This document shows positions 26,582-35,998 of a stretch of DNA of 64,000 nt, one piece after another. This DNA comes from Alphaproteobacteria bacterium. GTDB taxonomy: Bacteria; Pseudomonadota; Alphaproteobacteria; GCA-2731375. The position numbers were made by a program, and so were the translations under genes. Position 1 is the first letter of the stretch. Each line of letters begins with the position of its first letter. Below the pieces are notes generated by a model. The model made no database searches. It was not told the origin of the DNA and saw nothing but the letters and a program-made list of their open reading frames with translations. The stretch spans positions 130,842-194,841 of the forward strand of contig JADHTB010000002.1 of the NCBI GenBank assembly GCA_016776605.1. Direction: 5' to 3'.

Positions 26582-28159
26582 TCACCAAACGCCGAACAGA
26601 AAACCACGCGCCTTGGCGTTGCCCGTACGCTGCTCCACCATCCCGTGGGTCAAGGTCGTGCGCATGCGCCGGTTGCGCAGCCAGTGAAATAATTTTTCGT
26701 GCAATAGGGCGCGCTGTTCGCCGTGGGCCGGATCGGCGCCCAGGTCGTTTTGCTCGGACGGGTCCGCGGCCAGATGGAACAATTGCGGGCGAAAGCCTTC
26801 ATAGAAAATATATTTCCAAGCCGCCGTGCAAACCATGTAGGCGCGGGCGCCCTCCGGTCCCAACCCCAGGCTTTGCCGGGCTGGATGGAAAGTGTAATCC
26901 GTCTCTGAAAATGCCGCATCGCGCCAATTTTCCACGGCGCCATCGCCACGCAACAGCGGCAACAGAGAGCGTCCCTCCAGGCGATGGGGATGCAGATCAC
27001 CGCCCTGGCTGTCCAGAAAGGTGGGGATCAGATCAATGGCTTCGACCAATCGTTCGTCCACGGCGCCACGGCGGCTATCGGCTGCCGGGTCCGGGTCATA
27101 GATGATCATGGGGATACGGGCGACCTCTTCGTGCAACAGGTCTTTTTCCCCCAGGCCATGATCGCCCAGGTAATCTCCATGGTCCGAGGTGAGGACGATC
27201 ATGGTGTCGTCCAGGCGGCCACGTTCTTCCAGGAATGCCATCAGGCGGCCGAATTGATCGTCGCACTGGCTAATCAGGCCCATATAGGTGGGAATGACCG
27301 TCTGCCGCACCTCGTCGCGGCGGAAATTTTTACTGCCTTCATGGGCCTGAAAGGCGCCGACAACCGGGTGCGGATCGTCCATTTCCCGGGCGCTTTGATT
27401 GGCCGGTAAAATCTGGTTGGCGCCGTACATCTCGTTATAGGGGGCAGGCGCCACATAGGGCCAATGGGGCTTGATCAGGGAAAGATGCAGACACCAGGGA
27501 TCATCCCCCGCCTGATCGATAAATTCCATCGCCCGGTCGGTCATATAGGGCGTCTCGGAATCCTTGTCCTTGACCCGGGCCGGCAGGCGGGCATGGCGCA
27601 TCTGCCAGCCGCTCAAGATTTCGCCGTTCGGCCCCTCGGCTGAATTGGCGAAATCGTGCCAGGGATTGTCGGAAACATAGCCCTTGGCGCGGAGATAATT
27701 GTTATAGGCCAGATTGGGATCGACCGACTGATCCGGATGCAGGCCGTCATCCCGTTCAAACGGCTCGAAACCGCATTGGTTGACCCAAACGCCCAGTTCC
27801 GATGCCTGGTCGATTTTCAAACGCTCCATGCCGGCCCGGTCCGGCACCATATGGGTCTTACCGACCAGGACCGAGCGCATGCCAACCTGGCGCAGATAAT
27901 CGCCCATGGTCCATTGATCGAGGGAAAATGGCACGTTGTTGTAGCCGGCCCCATGGCTGGACATATAACGCCCGGTGTAGAACGAGACGCGGGAAGGGCC
28001 GCACACCGGCGCCTGGCAATAGGCCCGGTTGAAGCGCACGCCGCGCTGGGCAAATGCATCCATATGCGGCGTCTGCAGGGTAGGGTGACCGGCGCAGCCG
28101 AGATAATCCGCCCGCAATTGATCGTACATGACAAATAGGATGTTCTTGATTTTACCCAC
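26582..28159 (-). CDS. Formylglycine-dependent sulfatase (arylsulfatase/choline-sulfatase family)
   Basis: 525 aa with the C-x-P-x-R motif in context (QAPVCGPSRVSFYTGRY) and an N-terminal FVMYDQLRAD. The only intact copy in the window. Confidence 0.88.
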   Translation of the reverse strand: MGKIKNILFVMYDQLRADYLGCAGHPTLQTPHMDAFAQRGVRFNRAYCQAPVCGPSRVSFYTGRYMSSHGAGYNNVPFSLDQWTMGDYLRQVGMRSVLVGKTHMVPDRAGMERLKIDQASELGVWVNQCGFEPFERDDGLHPDQSVDPNLAYNNYLRAKGYVSDNPWHDFANSAEGPNGEILSGWQMRHARLPARVKDKDSETPYMTDRAMEFIDQAGDDPWCLHLSLIKPHWPYVAPAPYNEMYGANQILPANQSAREMDDPHPVVGAFQAHEGSKNFRRDEVRQTVIPTYMGLISQCDDQFGRLMAFLEERGRLDDTMIVLTSDHGDYLGDHGLGEKDLLHEEVARIPMIIYDPDPAADSRRGAVDERLVEAIDLIPTFLDSQGGDLHPHRLEGRSLLPLLRGDGAVENWRDAAFSETDYTFHPARQSLGLGPEGARAYMVCTAAWKYIFYEGFRPQLFHLAADPSEQNDLGADPAHGEQRALLHEKLFHWLRNRRMRTTLTHGMVEQRTGNAKARGFLFGVW

Positions 28160-28201
28160 GATCGTTTCTCTCCAAACAGCGATGGTCGGGGAAGGGGTTG
28201 T

Positions 28202-28906
28202 TTATTGCGGGCCGGCTTTTTCCCGGACCGCCGCCATTTTGGCCCGGTCGGTTACGCCGCCCGGGTTGAGATGGGTCGGGATAAATTCCTTGTAGCCGGC
28301 AAAGGTGGTCTGGCCAACGGCGAAGATGCGGGCCAGTTCATTGGGCGCGTCAGGATGATCGTCCACCCGCAGATCCCAATCGGGATAAACCTCCGCGGTG
28401 TGGATCTTCAGCGCCGCCGATTGCCGGCCCCGTTTGTCGCCGCCCGCGCCGTCACCGGCCAGCAGGCTGCGCAACAACCTCTCGGGAAAAGGCAACGCGG
28501 CCTGATCGCGGTATTCTTCCAGGCAGGCCTGCAGCACAGATTTCCCGGCCAGCATATTACCGGCCACGGAAATGTTCGTTGCCGCCATGTCTCCGCACCA
28601 ATCGATGCAGTCATTGCCCGTGTGCGCGGCCCGGTTACCGTGGCTGTCCAGGACGTGGATTTGCCGCACGGCGGCACCGTCATCCTGGCCCCAGGCGGCC
28701 GTCAGGGCCGCCTCCACCGCCTCGCCATTGCCAAGGCGATCCAGTATGGCGGGGCCCAACGTGGGGTTTACCATGGCCTGCGTCGCCACCGCGCCAACGC
28801 CGCTTCTGACCCAGGGCACCAGCGAGCCGACGGCGAAAAAGCGCGAGGCGACGGCGATACCCAGGCTACCGCTGTCCCTGTCACGGGCAATTATCGACCA
28901 AGTCAT
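28202..28906 (-). CDS. DUF1028 family Ntn-hydrolase-like protein
   Basis: The N-terminus MTWSIIARD (Met-Thr nucleophile context) and a length of about 230 aa match DUF1028. Confidence 0.7.
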   Translation of the reverse strand: MTWSIIARDRDSGSLGIAVASRFFAVGSLVPWVRSGVGAVATQAMVNPTLGPAILDRLGNGEAVEAALTAAWGQDDGAAVRQIHVLDSHGNRAAHTGNDCIDWCGDMAATNISVAGNMLAGKSVLQACLEEYRDQAALPFPERLLRSLLAGDGAGGDKRGRQSAALKIHTAEVYPDWDLRVDDHPDAPNELARIFAVGQTTFAGYKEFIPTHLNPGGVTDRAKMAAVREKAGPQ

Positions 28907-29000
28907 CCCGTCTACCTCTCACAGCCATTGATGCCGTGCTACTGTCATGCAAAATGGGCCCACCGTCCAGACCGGAACAGGCCTTTTTCGGAGTGTTGAA

Positions 29001-30269
29001 ATGACAATTCTACTTGGTGCTATCGCCGACGATTATACCGGCGCCACGGACCTGGCGAACACCCTGGTACGTCAGGGCATGCGTACGGTGCAATTGTTTG
29101 GACCGCCCCCGTCCGGCATGCGCGTGCCGGAGGCTGATGCGGTGGTGATTGCCTTGAAGTCGCGGACCATTCCACCTGCCGATGCGATCGCGCAATCCCT
29201 GGCCGCGCTGGAATGGTTGCAAGGGGCGGGGGCGGAACAGTTCTTTTTTAAATATTGTTCGACCTTTGATTCCACCCCTCAGGGGAATATCGGGCCCGTG
29301 GCCGATGCGTTGCTGGCTGCCCTGAACCAGGATTTCACTATTGCCTGCCCGGCCTTCCCGGAAAATGGCCGCACCATCTGTTATGGCTACCTGTTCGTTG
29401 GCGCGCAGTTGCTTTCGGAATCCGGCATGCGGAATCATCCCCTGACACCCATGACGGATTCCTCCCTTGTCCGTGTATTAGCCGCGCAAACCAGTCATGG
29501 CGTCGGACTGGTGGATCACCGCACGGTCGCGACCGGGTCGAAACGGGTACGGGAAGCCTTCGCCGCCTTGCAGGCAGAGGGTAAGCATCATGCCATTGTC
29601 GATGCCTTGAGCGATGGCGATCTGTTGACCATCGGGGCGGCCTGCGCCGATATGAAATTAATCACCGGTGGTTCCGGTATTGCCCTGGGCCTGCCGGAAA
29701 ACTTTCGCCGGGCGGGCAAGTTGCCTGCCGGCGCCGTGGCGGATCAATTGCCAGCCGTGCCGGGACCGGGCGCGGTGCTTTCGGGCTCCTGCTCCCAGGC
29801 AACACTGGCCCAGGTGGCGTTCATGCAACAAAGCCGGCCGTCTTTTCAACTGGACGTCATGAAGCTGGCGGCGGGCGAGGATCAGGTCGGTGCGGCGCTG
29901 GATTGGGCCATCGAACAATTGGCCCATGGACCGCCGTTGATCTATGCCTCCGCCGCGCCGGCGGATGTGCGTGCGGCGCAGGATAAACTGGGCCGGGCCC
30001 GGGCCGGTGACTTGTTGGAGGCCGCCATGGCCGGGATCGCCAAAGGCCTGATCGCCGCCGGCGTCCGCCGCCTTGTGGTGGCGGGGGGAGAGACCTCCGG
30101 TGCGGTGGTTCAGGCCCTGGGCGTGGACGGCATCCGCATCGGCCCGCAGATCGATCCGGGCGTACCCTGGACGACGACCCTGGGGCAGCCGGAATTGGCC
30201 TTGGCCTTAAAGTCCGGTAATTTCGGGGTTGAGGAGTTTTTCCTTAAGGCATTGGATTGTGCGCCATGA
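29001..30269 (+). CDS. otnK: Four-carbon acid sugar kinase (3-oxo-tetronate kinase OtnK-like; DUF1537/DUF2088)
   Basis: N-terminus ILLGAIADDYTGATDLAN (YgbK-type) and a C-terminal nucleotide-binding half. Start refined to ATG 29001, which has a GGAG RBS. Confidence 0.8.
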   Translation: MTILLGAIADDYTGATDLANTLVRQGMRTVQLFGPPPSGMRVPEADAVVIALKSRTIPPADAIAQSLAALEWLQGAGAEQFFFKYCSTFDSTPQGNIGPVADALLAALNQDFTIACPAFPENGRTICYGYLFVGAQLLSESGMRNHPLTPMTDSSLVRVLAAQTSHGVGLVDHRTVATGSKRVREAFAALQAEGKHHAIVDALSDGDLLTIGAACADMKLITGGSGIALGLPENFRRAGKLPAGAVADQLPAVPGPGAVLSGSCSQATLAQVAFMQQSRPSFQLDVMKLAAGEDQVGAALDWAIEQLAHGPPLIYASAAPADVRAAQDKLGRARAGDLLEAAMAGIAKGLIAAGVRRLVVAGGETSGAVVQALGVDGIRIGPQIDPGVPWTTTLGQPELALALKSGNFGVEEFFLKALDCAP

Positions 30270-30904
30270 ATGAAAACCGCCTGCGCCAGGAAATTTGCGA
30301 CGTCGGGGCCTCGATCCATGGCCGTGGCCTGACCCATGGGGCGACGGGCAATATTTCCGCCCGTCTGGACGATGGCTGGCTTATGACCCCGACGGGTTCG
30401 AACCTGGGTCAGCTTGATCCCGGCCGCCTGTCGCGGCTAGATGAAAACGGCGAACATATTGCGGGCGATAAGCCAACCAAGGAGAGCTTTTTGCATTTGG
30501 CGGTCTATGGCCAACGGGCGGGCAGTGGCGCGGTGGTGCATTTGCACGCCACCCACTCGGTCGCCGTGTCCGTATTGGCGGATTTGGACCCCACGGATTT
30601 ATTGCCCCCCATCACCGCCTATTACGTCATGCGGGTGGGAAAACTGCCTCTGGTGCCCTTTTATGCCCCTGGCGATGCCAAGCTGGCCCAGGCCGTCGGG
30701 GAGACCGCCCAGGCGCACCATGCCATGCTGCTGGCCAATCATGGTCCCGTGGTGGCGGGGACAGACCTGTCGGCGGCCCTGGATGCCACGGAGGAGTTGG
30801 AGGAAACGGCGCGTCTGTTCTTGCTTTTACAAGGGCAGCGAACCCGCTATCTTACAACAGAACAGGTGGCCGCGTTGCGCGTGGCATTTCCGATCAAGGC
30901 CTGA
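30266..30904 (+). CDS. otnC: Class II aldolase/adducin-family protein (3-oxo-tetronate 4-phosphate decarboxylase OtnC-like)
   Basis: 212 aa with HGATGNISAR…VHLHATHS…ANHGPV, the class II aldolase metal site. The start overlaps the otnK stop (ATGA). Confidence 0.8.
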   Translation: MNENRLRQEICDVGASIHGRGLTHGATGNISARLDDGWLMTPTGSNLGQLDPGRLSRLDENGEHIAGDKPTKESFLHLAVYGQRAGSGAVVHLHATHSVAVSVLADLDPTDLLPPITAYYVMRVGKLPLVPFYAPGDAKLAQAVGETAQAHHAMLLANHGPVVAGTDLSAALDATEELEETARLFLLLQGQRTRYLTTEQVAALRVAFPIKA

Positions 30905-30934
30905 CGCGAAAATGGCACGAAAAAGGGGAACATC

Positions 30935-31492
30935 ATGAGCTATTCACTGGAACAATTTTGTCAGGATTGCCGCGAGGCATTGACCAGCCATCCGGGCCAC
31001 GAAGGCCGCGATCTGGCGCGGGGCAAATTGGAAAAATTGCTGCTTGATCCGGAATTTACCGCCTCGGAGTTGGGCGAGGATCAGGCCAAAGGCGTCCGTA
31101 CCCTGTATGAAGATCCCGATCTTGAATTCTGCGTATTGGCCTACCGGGCCGGCGCCGAGCACAAATCGCCACCGCATGACCACGGCGCGTCTTGGGCGAT
31201 TTACGGTCAGGCCAAACATCATACGGACATGAAGGTGTATGACAGGATTGAAGGTGGTGAGGGCGCTGGCAAGGCGAAATTGGAAGTGACCAAGGAATTT
31301 CGCCTCAATCCGGGCATGGCCGGTTTGTTCGACGTGGGCGAGATCCATGCCATTGACCATCCCGCCGACGCCCGCTTCGTGCGTGTGACCGGCACCGACC
31401 TGAACCAGGTGCAACGTCTGCGCTTTGATGAAAGCCGTGGCGTCGCCGAGGTGATTGAAAATGCCTCGGTGCCCGAGCCCGGAAGTGACTGA
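30935..31492 (+). CDS. Cupin-fold metalloprotein (cysteine-dioxygenase-type / COG5553-like)
   Basis: HDHGASWAIYGQ…H and the later HAIDH motifs give 3-His cupin geometry. 185 aa. Confidence 0.55.
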   Translation: MSYSLEQFCQDCREALTSHPGHEGRDLARGKLEKLLLDPEFTASELGEDQAKGVRTLYEDPDLEFCVLAYRAGAEHKSPPHDHGASWAIYGQAKHHTDMKVYDRIEGGEGAGKAKLEVTKEFRLNPGMAGLFDVGEIHAIDHPADARFVRVTGTDLNQVQRLRFDESRGVAEVIENASVPEPGSD

Positions 31493-31499
31493 CGGGGTT

Positions 31500-31982
31500 T
31501 TATTCGTCCGGTAATAGCATCAGGTCGGTATCCCCTGGTTTGGCGCCGCTGGCCGTCAGCAAGGCATGGACCTGTCCGCGATGATGGGTCTGATGGTTGT
31601 GAAAGTGGCTGATCAGGGTCCACAGCGGTTTCGTGATTTTCCGGTTGGCGGCGCCTGAAAACCAGGTCAGATCGCCGTTTAATTCAGCTGGATCGATGGC
31701 TGCGGCCCAATCGATAATGCGTTGATCGAGTTGGGGGCGCTCTGCCAGCATTTCCGCCCAATCGGCACGTTCATTCACGGAACCGGGAATGCCGGGAGAG
31801 CGTGGCGGCGGCGTCTTGGCAAAACGGCTCAACCAAATCGTGTCGCCCCATATGAGATGGTTCAGGGTGCCATGGATTGAACCAAAGAACGCGCCCCGGT
31901 CGAGTTGCCTTGCCGCTTCCGTCAAACCATCGGCGGCGGCGTACACACTGACATTTTGCCACCGGTTATACGCGGCCATCAT
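31500..31982 (-). CDS. DinB-family (DinB_2/YfiT-like) metal-dependent four-helix-bundle protein
   Basis: NHQTHHRGQ motif near the C-terminus and IHGTLNHLIWGD. The ORF is open to 32159, but the DinB domain starts near Met60. Start chosen at 31982. Confidence 0.6.
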   Translation of the reverse strand: MMAAYNRWQNVSVYAAADGLTEAARQLDRGAFFGSIHGTLNHLIWGDTIWLSRFAKTPPPRSPGIPGSVNERADWAEMLAERPQLDQRIIDWAAAIDPAELNGDLTWFSGAANRKITKPLWTLISHFHNHQTHHRGQVHALLTASGAKPGDTDLMLLPDE

Positions 31983-32314
31983 TTGAATATACGCAACACT
32001 AATCACAACCGGCTCTCCTCCTGGGATCTTCATTGACAACCAATAGGCAAACATAAAGGCATTTTTCCGGATTTGGGCAAATGGGTGACTGTCGGCGAGT
32101 TTAATTGTTCCCAACAGCCCCGTTCCGTGGGCCAAGCCAATAATGCCAGCTGCAACCAAATCACCTGCTTCGAAACCCTACACGCCCAGGGTATCTTGGC
32201 GGCGGGGGGTGGTAATTAGAGGTAAAAAGACCCAGATATCAGGTTGCTTCATCCGCCCTGGACGGCTATGGGTGGGGCAACCAATAGCAATTCACGTACG
32301 GGAGCCGCGTCGCC

Positions 32315-32635
32315 ATGACCACCTTTGACAAGCGCGAAAAATCTTACGAGGCGAAATACGCCCACGATCAGGAAACCGTCTTTAAAATCGGCGCGCGGCG
32401 CAACAAGTTGCTTGGCCTTTGGATGGCGGAACATCTTGGCCTGGATGGGGCGGATGCGGAAGCGTACGCCAAACAGGTGATCGCCTCTGATTTTGAAAAA
32501 CCGGGTGACGAGGATGTCTTTGAAAAAGTCTGGGCCGATGTTCAGGGTAAGGGCTTGTCGTTAAGCGAAGATCAGGTGCGCCAGCAGATGCGGGCCCTGT
32601 TGGAAGTGGCTCGGGAACAGATTACTTCCGAATAA
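32315..32635 (+). CDS. ATP synthase inhibitor subunit zeta (DUF1476)
   Basis: MTTFDKREKSYEAKYAHDQE… closely resembles the alphaproteobacterial zeta-subunit N-terminus. 106 aa. Confidence 0.8.
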   Translation: MTTFDKREKSYEAKYAHDQETVFKIGARRNKLLGLWMAEHLGLDGADAEAYAKQVIASDFEKPGDEDVFEKVWADVQGKGLSLSEDQVRQQMRALLEVAREQITSE

Positions 32636-32666
32636 GCGCAATATTAATGGATTGAACCGACGCGCT

Positions 32667-33989
32667 TTAATCGTCTGGTTCCGGGTAATCTTCCCTTTCG
32701 GCAAAGACCCGCGCGAAGATGGTGTCCACGTGTTTGGTGTGATAGCCCAGATCGAACATGGCCTCCAGCTCCGCCGCTGATATGGCGGCCATGACCTCTC
32801 CGTCGGCCTGCAATAGATCGAGAAAACTGCCTTCGCCACGCCAAACAGGCATGGCATTGCGCTGAACGTATGTGTAGGCGTCCTCGCGGCTGACGCCGGC
32901 TTGGGTCAAGGCCAGCAGCACCCGTTGCGAGAAGATCAAACCACCCAGGCGGTCCAGGTTGGTCTGCATGTTTTCCGGATAAACCGTCAGCTTGTCGATC
33001 ACACCGGTCAGGCGGTTCAGGGCAAAATCCAGCGTTACGGTGGTATCAGGCGCAATGCCCCGTTCGACGCTGGAATGAGAGATGTCGCGCTCGTGCCACA
33101 GGGCGACGTTTTCCAGGGCCGGTACGGCGCTCATACGCACCAGACGGGCCAAACCGGTCAGATTTTCGGTCAGCACCGGATTGCGCTTGTGCGGCATGGC
33201 CGAGGAGCCCTTTTGCCCTTCAGCAAAATACTCCTCCACTTCCAGGACTTCCGAGCGCTGTAAATGGCGTATTTCCGTGGCTAGCCGCTCGATACTGGAG
33301 GCGATGACGGCAAGGGTGGAAAAATACATGGCGTGACGGTCGCGGGGAATAACCTGGGTCGAAATCGGCTCTATTGCCAGTCCCAGGGCGTCGGCTACGT
33401 GTTGTTCCACCGCCGGGTCGATATTGGCGAAGGTGCCGACGGCGCCCGATATGGCGCAGGTCGCGATCTCTCTTCTGGCCCGGCGCAAACGATCCCGGCA
33501 ACGGTCGAACTCGGCATAAGCCTGAACCAGTTTTAAACCAAACGTGGTCGGTTCCGCATGAATGCCATGGCTGCGGCCGATGCAGATATCGTCCTTGTGT
33601 TCATAGGCCCGGCGGCGCAATACCGCCAACAGATGATCCATGTCGCCCAGCAAAATATCCGTGGCGCGCACCAGCTGTATGTTGAAGCAAGTATCCAGCA
33701 CGTCCGACGAGGTCATCCCCTGATGCACGAAGCGGGCGGCGGGACCCACGTGTTCGGCCAGGTTGGTCAGAAAGGCGATGACGTCATGATGGGTTTCCCG
33801 CTCGATCGCGTCAATCCGGGCTACTTCAAAGGCGCCTTTTTCCCAAACCTCCTTGGCCGCCTCCGCCGGGATAACACCCAGCTTGGCCTGGGCATCGCAG
33901 GCGTGCGCCTCGATCTCGAACCAGATTTGAAATTTGCTTTCAGGCGACCAGATGGCTGTCATTTGAGGGCGCGAATAGCGCGGGATCAT
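32667..33989 (-). CDS. purB: Adenylosuccinate lyase
   Basis: 440 aa; N-terminus MIPRYSRPQMTAIWSPESKF and the fumarate-lyase signature (GSSAMPHKRNP). Confidence 0.93.
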   Translation of the reverse strand: MIPRYSRPQMTAIWSPESKFQIWFEIEAHACDAQAKLGVIPAEAAKEVWEKGAFEVARIDAIERETHHDVIAFLTNLAEHVGPAARFVHQGMTSSDVLDTCFNIQLVRATDILLGDMDHLLAVLRRRAYEHKDDICIGRSHGIHAEPTTFGLKLVQAYAEFDRCRDRLRRARREIATCAISGAVGTFANIDPAVEQHVADALGLAIEPISTQVIPRDRHAMYFSTLAVIASSIERLATEIRHLQRSEVLEVEEYFAEGQKGSSAMPHKRNPVLTENLTGLARLVRMSAVPALENVALWHERDISHSSVERGIAPDTTVTLDFALNRLTGVIDKLTVYPENMQTNLDRLGGLIFSQRVLLALTQAGVSREDAYTYVQRNAMPVWRGEGSFLDLLQADGEVMAAISAAELEAMFDLGYHTKHVDTIFARVFAEREDYPEPDD

Positions 33990-34142
33990 GGGCCGGATCC
34001 TTGCTTTTGAATAGGCTTGTTGCTTGGGTGGGTTTCATACACCGATCAAGCCGGCCGGGGAAGATCATGATGGCATGAAAAGCACGATTTAACGATTTTG
34101 ACAGACCGCTGGCTTGGCGATCCGATGAATATAAAAAATGGT

Positions 34143-35588
34143 TTAGTTCGCCAAGACTGAAGTGATCAGAACAATTACGGCAACAGCGATCAGGTTCAGC
34201 AGAAAACCTGCCTTGGCCATATGGGCGACGGTCAACTTTTCACTGGCGAAAACAATGGCGTTGGGCGGCGTCGCCACGGGCATCATGAAAGCGCACGACG
34301 CGGCCAGGGCGACAGGGATGACGAGTTCCAAAGGTGCAATGCCCGCGCTGACCGCCACTGTCGCGACGATAGGCAGGAAGACCGCGGTGGTTGCCGTATT
34401 CGAGGTGATCTCGGTCAGGAAAATGATCAGAATTGTCACCGCGGCGACCAGGACGATGGTTGGCATGTTTTCCAGGCCCGCCAGGCCGCCGCCCACGGTA
34501 TCGGCTAAACCGCTCTCGGAAATAGCATGAGCCAAGCTTAATCCACCGCCGAAGAGCAGCAGCACGCCCCAGGGCAAGGTGACGGCGCGGGACCAGGTCA
34601 TAAGCGAACTATTGTCGCCCTGGTTGGTTGGAATTATGAAAAGCGACAAGGCGCCGATCAATGCAATACCGGAATCGGTCAGACCCATGCCGGGAAAGAC
34701 GTCGGTGATCAGGGGCCTGAATATCCAGCTTAAAGCGGTCAAGACAAATACCGCCAGGACCCGCTTTTCCTCGACCGACATCGGCCCCAGAGCTGCAATT
34801 TCGGCTTTGACGACCGCATCGGCGCCAGGGATCGGACGGCGCGCTACCGGGCAGGTAACACGGGTCAGCAATAACCAGGCCAGCGGCAGCATGACAATGA
34901 CCACGGGCAAGCCGATTGTCATCCATTTGGCAAATCCCAGTTCAATGCCCAGCTGTTCCTGGGCGAAGGCGGCCAAAAGCGCGTTGGGCGGTGTCCCCAC
35001 AAGGGTGCCCGCGCCACCGATGCTGGCCGAATAAGCAATGCCCAGCAGCAATGCCGTCGCGGTATTGCCGGCGACCCGCGGATCTTCCTTTTTATTTAAT
35101 AGCCCGATAATGGACATGGCGATGGGCAGCATCATGACCGTGGTGGCCGTATTGCTGACCCACATGCTCAAAATAGCGGTGGCCAGCATGAAACCAGCAA
35201 TAAGATGGTCGGGCCTTGTTCCAAAAGCGTTCACTATAAGCAGGGCGATGCGTCGGTGCAGGTTCCAGGTCTCGATGGCCTTGGCGATGATGAAGCCGCC
35301 CATGAACAGAAAAATCAGCGGATGCGCATAGGGTGCGGCCGATGCCTTAAAGTCGAAAAGCCCCAGCGCCGGGAAGACGATCAGGGGCATGAGGGCGGTG
35401 ACCGCGACTGGCAAGGCTTCGGTCAGCCACCAGAAAGCCATCCAGATTGCCACGCCAAGCACCTTCCAGGCCGTCGGCGAAATACCTTCCGGCACGGGTG
35501 ATATGATAACGCCCACGCCTAGAATGGTTCCTGCCAACACTGTAACGGGCCTTAGGGATCTCTTCGTGGGGTTGGTGCCCTGGCTCAT
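34143..35588 (-). CDS. DASS/SLC13-family anion:sodium symporter (ArsB/NhaD permease superfamily)
   Basis: 481 aa, polytopic, with duplicated SNTAT(T) motifs (SNTATTVMMLP / SNTATTAVFLP). Confidence 0.8.
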   Translation of the reverse strand: MSQGTNPTKRSLRPVTVLAGTILGVGVIISPVPEGISPTAWKVLGVAIWMAFWWLTEALPVAVTALMPLIVFPALGLFDFKASAAPYAHPLIFLFMGGFIIAKAIETWNLHRRIALLIVNAFGTRPDHLIAGFMLATAILSMWVSNTATTVMMLPIAMSIIGLLNKKEDPRVAGNTATALLLGIAYSASIGGAGTLVGTPPNALLAAFAQEQLGIELGFAKWMTIGLPVVIVMLPLAWLLLTRVTCPVARRPIPGADAVVKAEIAALGPMSVEEKRVLAVFVLTALSWIFRPLITDVFPGMGLTDSGIALIGALSLFIIPTNQGDNSSLMTWSRAVTLPWGVLLLFGGGLSLAHAISESGLADTVGGGLAGLENMPTIVLVAAVTILIIFLTEITSNTATTAVFLPIVATVAVSAGIAPLELVIPVALAASCAFMMPVATPPNAIVFASEKLTVAHMAKAGFLLNLIAVAVIVLITSVLAN

Positions 35589-35655
35589 CAGAAATGATTA
35601 TATGATCCGCATCGACGGGGCGGCGATATCACGCACCCGGCCCATCAATTGGCCA

Positions 35656-35850
35656 TCAATTACCCTGTAATTTGTTGATCGCCCGGCGTACGGCTCGCCC
35701 GGCGGCTTTGGCGCGGTCTTCATCGGCGGCGATCTGCTTGGCTTCTTTTACCAGGCCACGCGCGGCGCGCGCCGCCTGTTCCCGCGCCACCGGGTCGGCC
35801 GCAATTTTCTGCGCCGCATAACGGACGATATGCCGTAACAGGAATGCCAT
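35656..35850 (-). CDS. Small hypothetical protein (Ala/Arg/Lys-rich helical; 64 aa)
   Basis: The ORF runs to 36030, but that would overlap the divergent carboxyltransferase start. Internal Met chosen. Weak support. Confidence 0.3.
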   Translation of the reverse strand: MAFLLRHIVRYAAQKIAADPVAREQAARAARGLVKEAKQIAADEDRAKAAGRAVRRAINKLQGN

Positions 35851-35998
35851 GCCCCAGCATAGCCAATAGGATGATCGGCGGCTAGCACTGCTAGGGAAGC
35901 GCCATATTGGCTGAAGGCCCCGGGCTTCCGGTTGACGAATGGTTGTCCACTGCCGATAGTCGCTGCATCCGACGTTGCGCAGTACAGGTGCCGCCGCC

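Noticed and set aside
28205-28999. 264-aa plus-strand ORF
   Set aside because: Antisense to the DUF1028 gene and R/G/A-rich. Rejected in favour of the minus-strand gene, which has a recognisable family-typical N-terminus.
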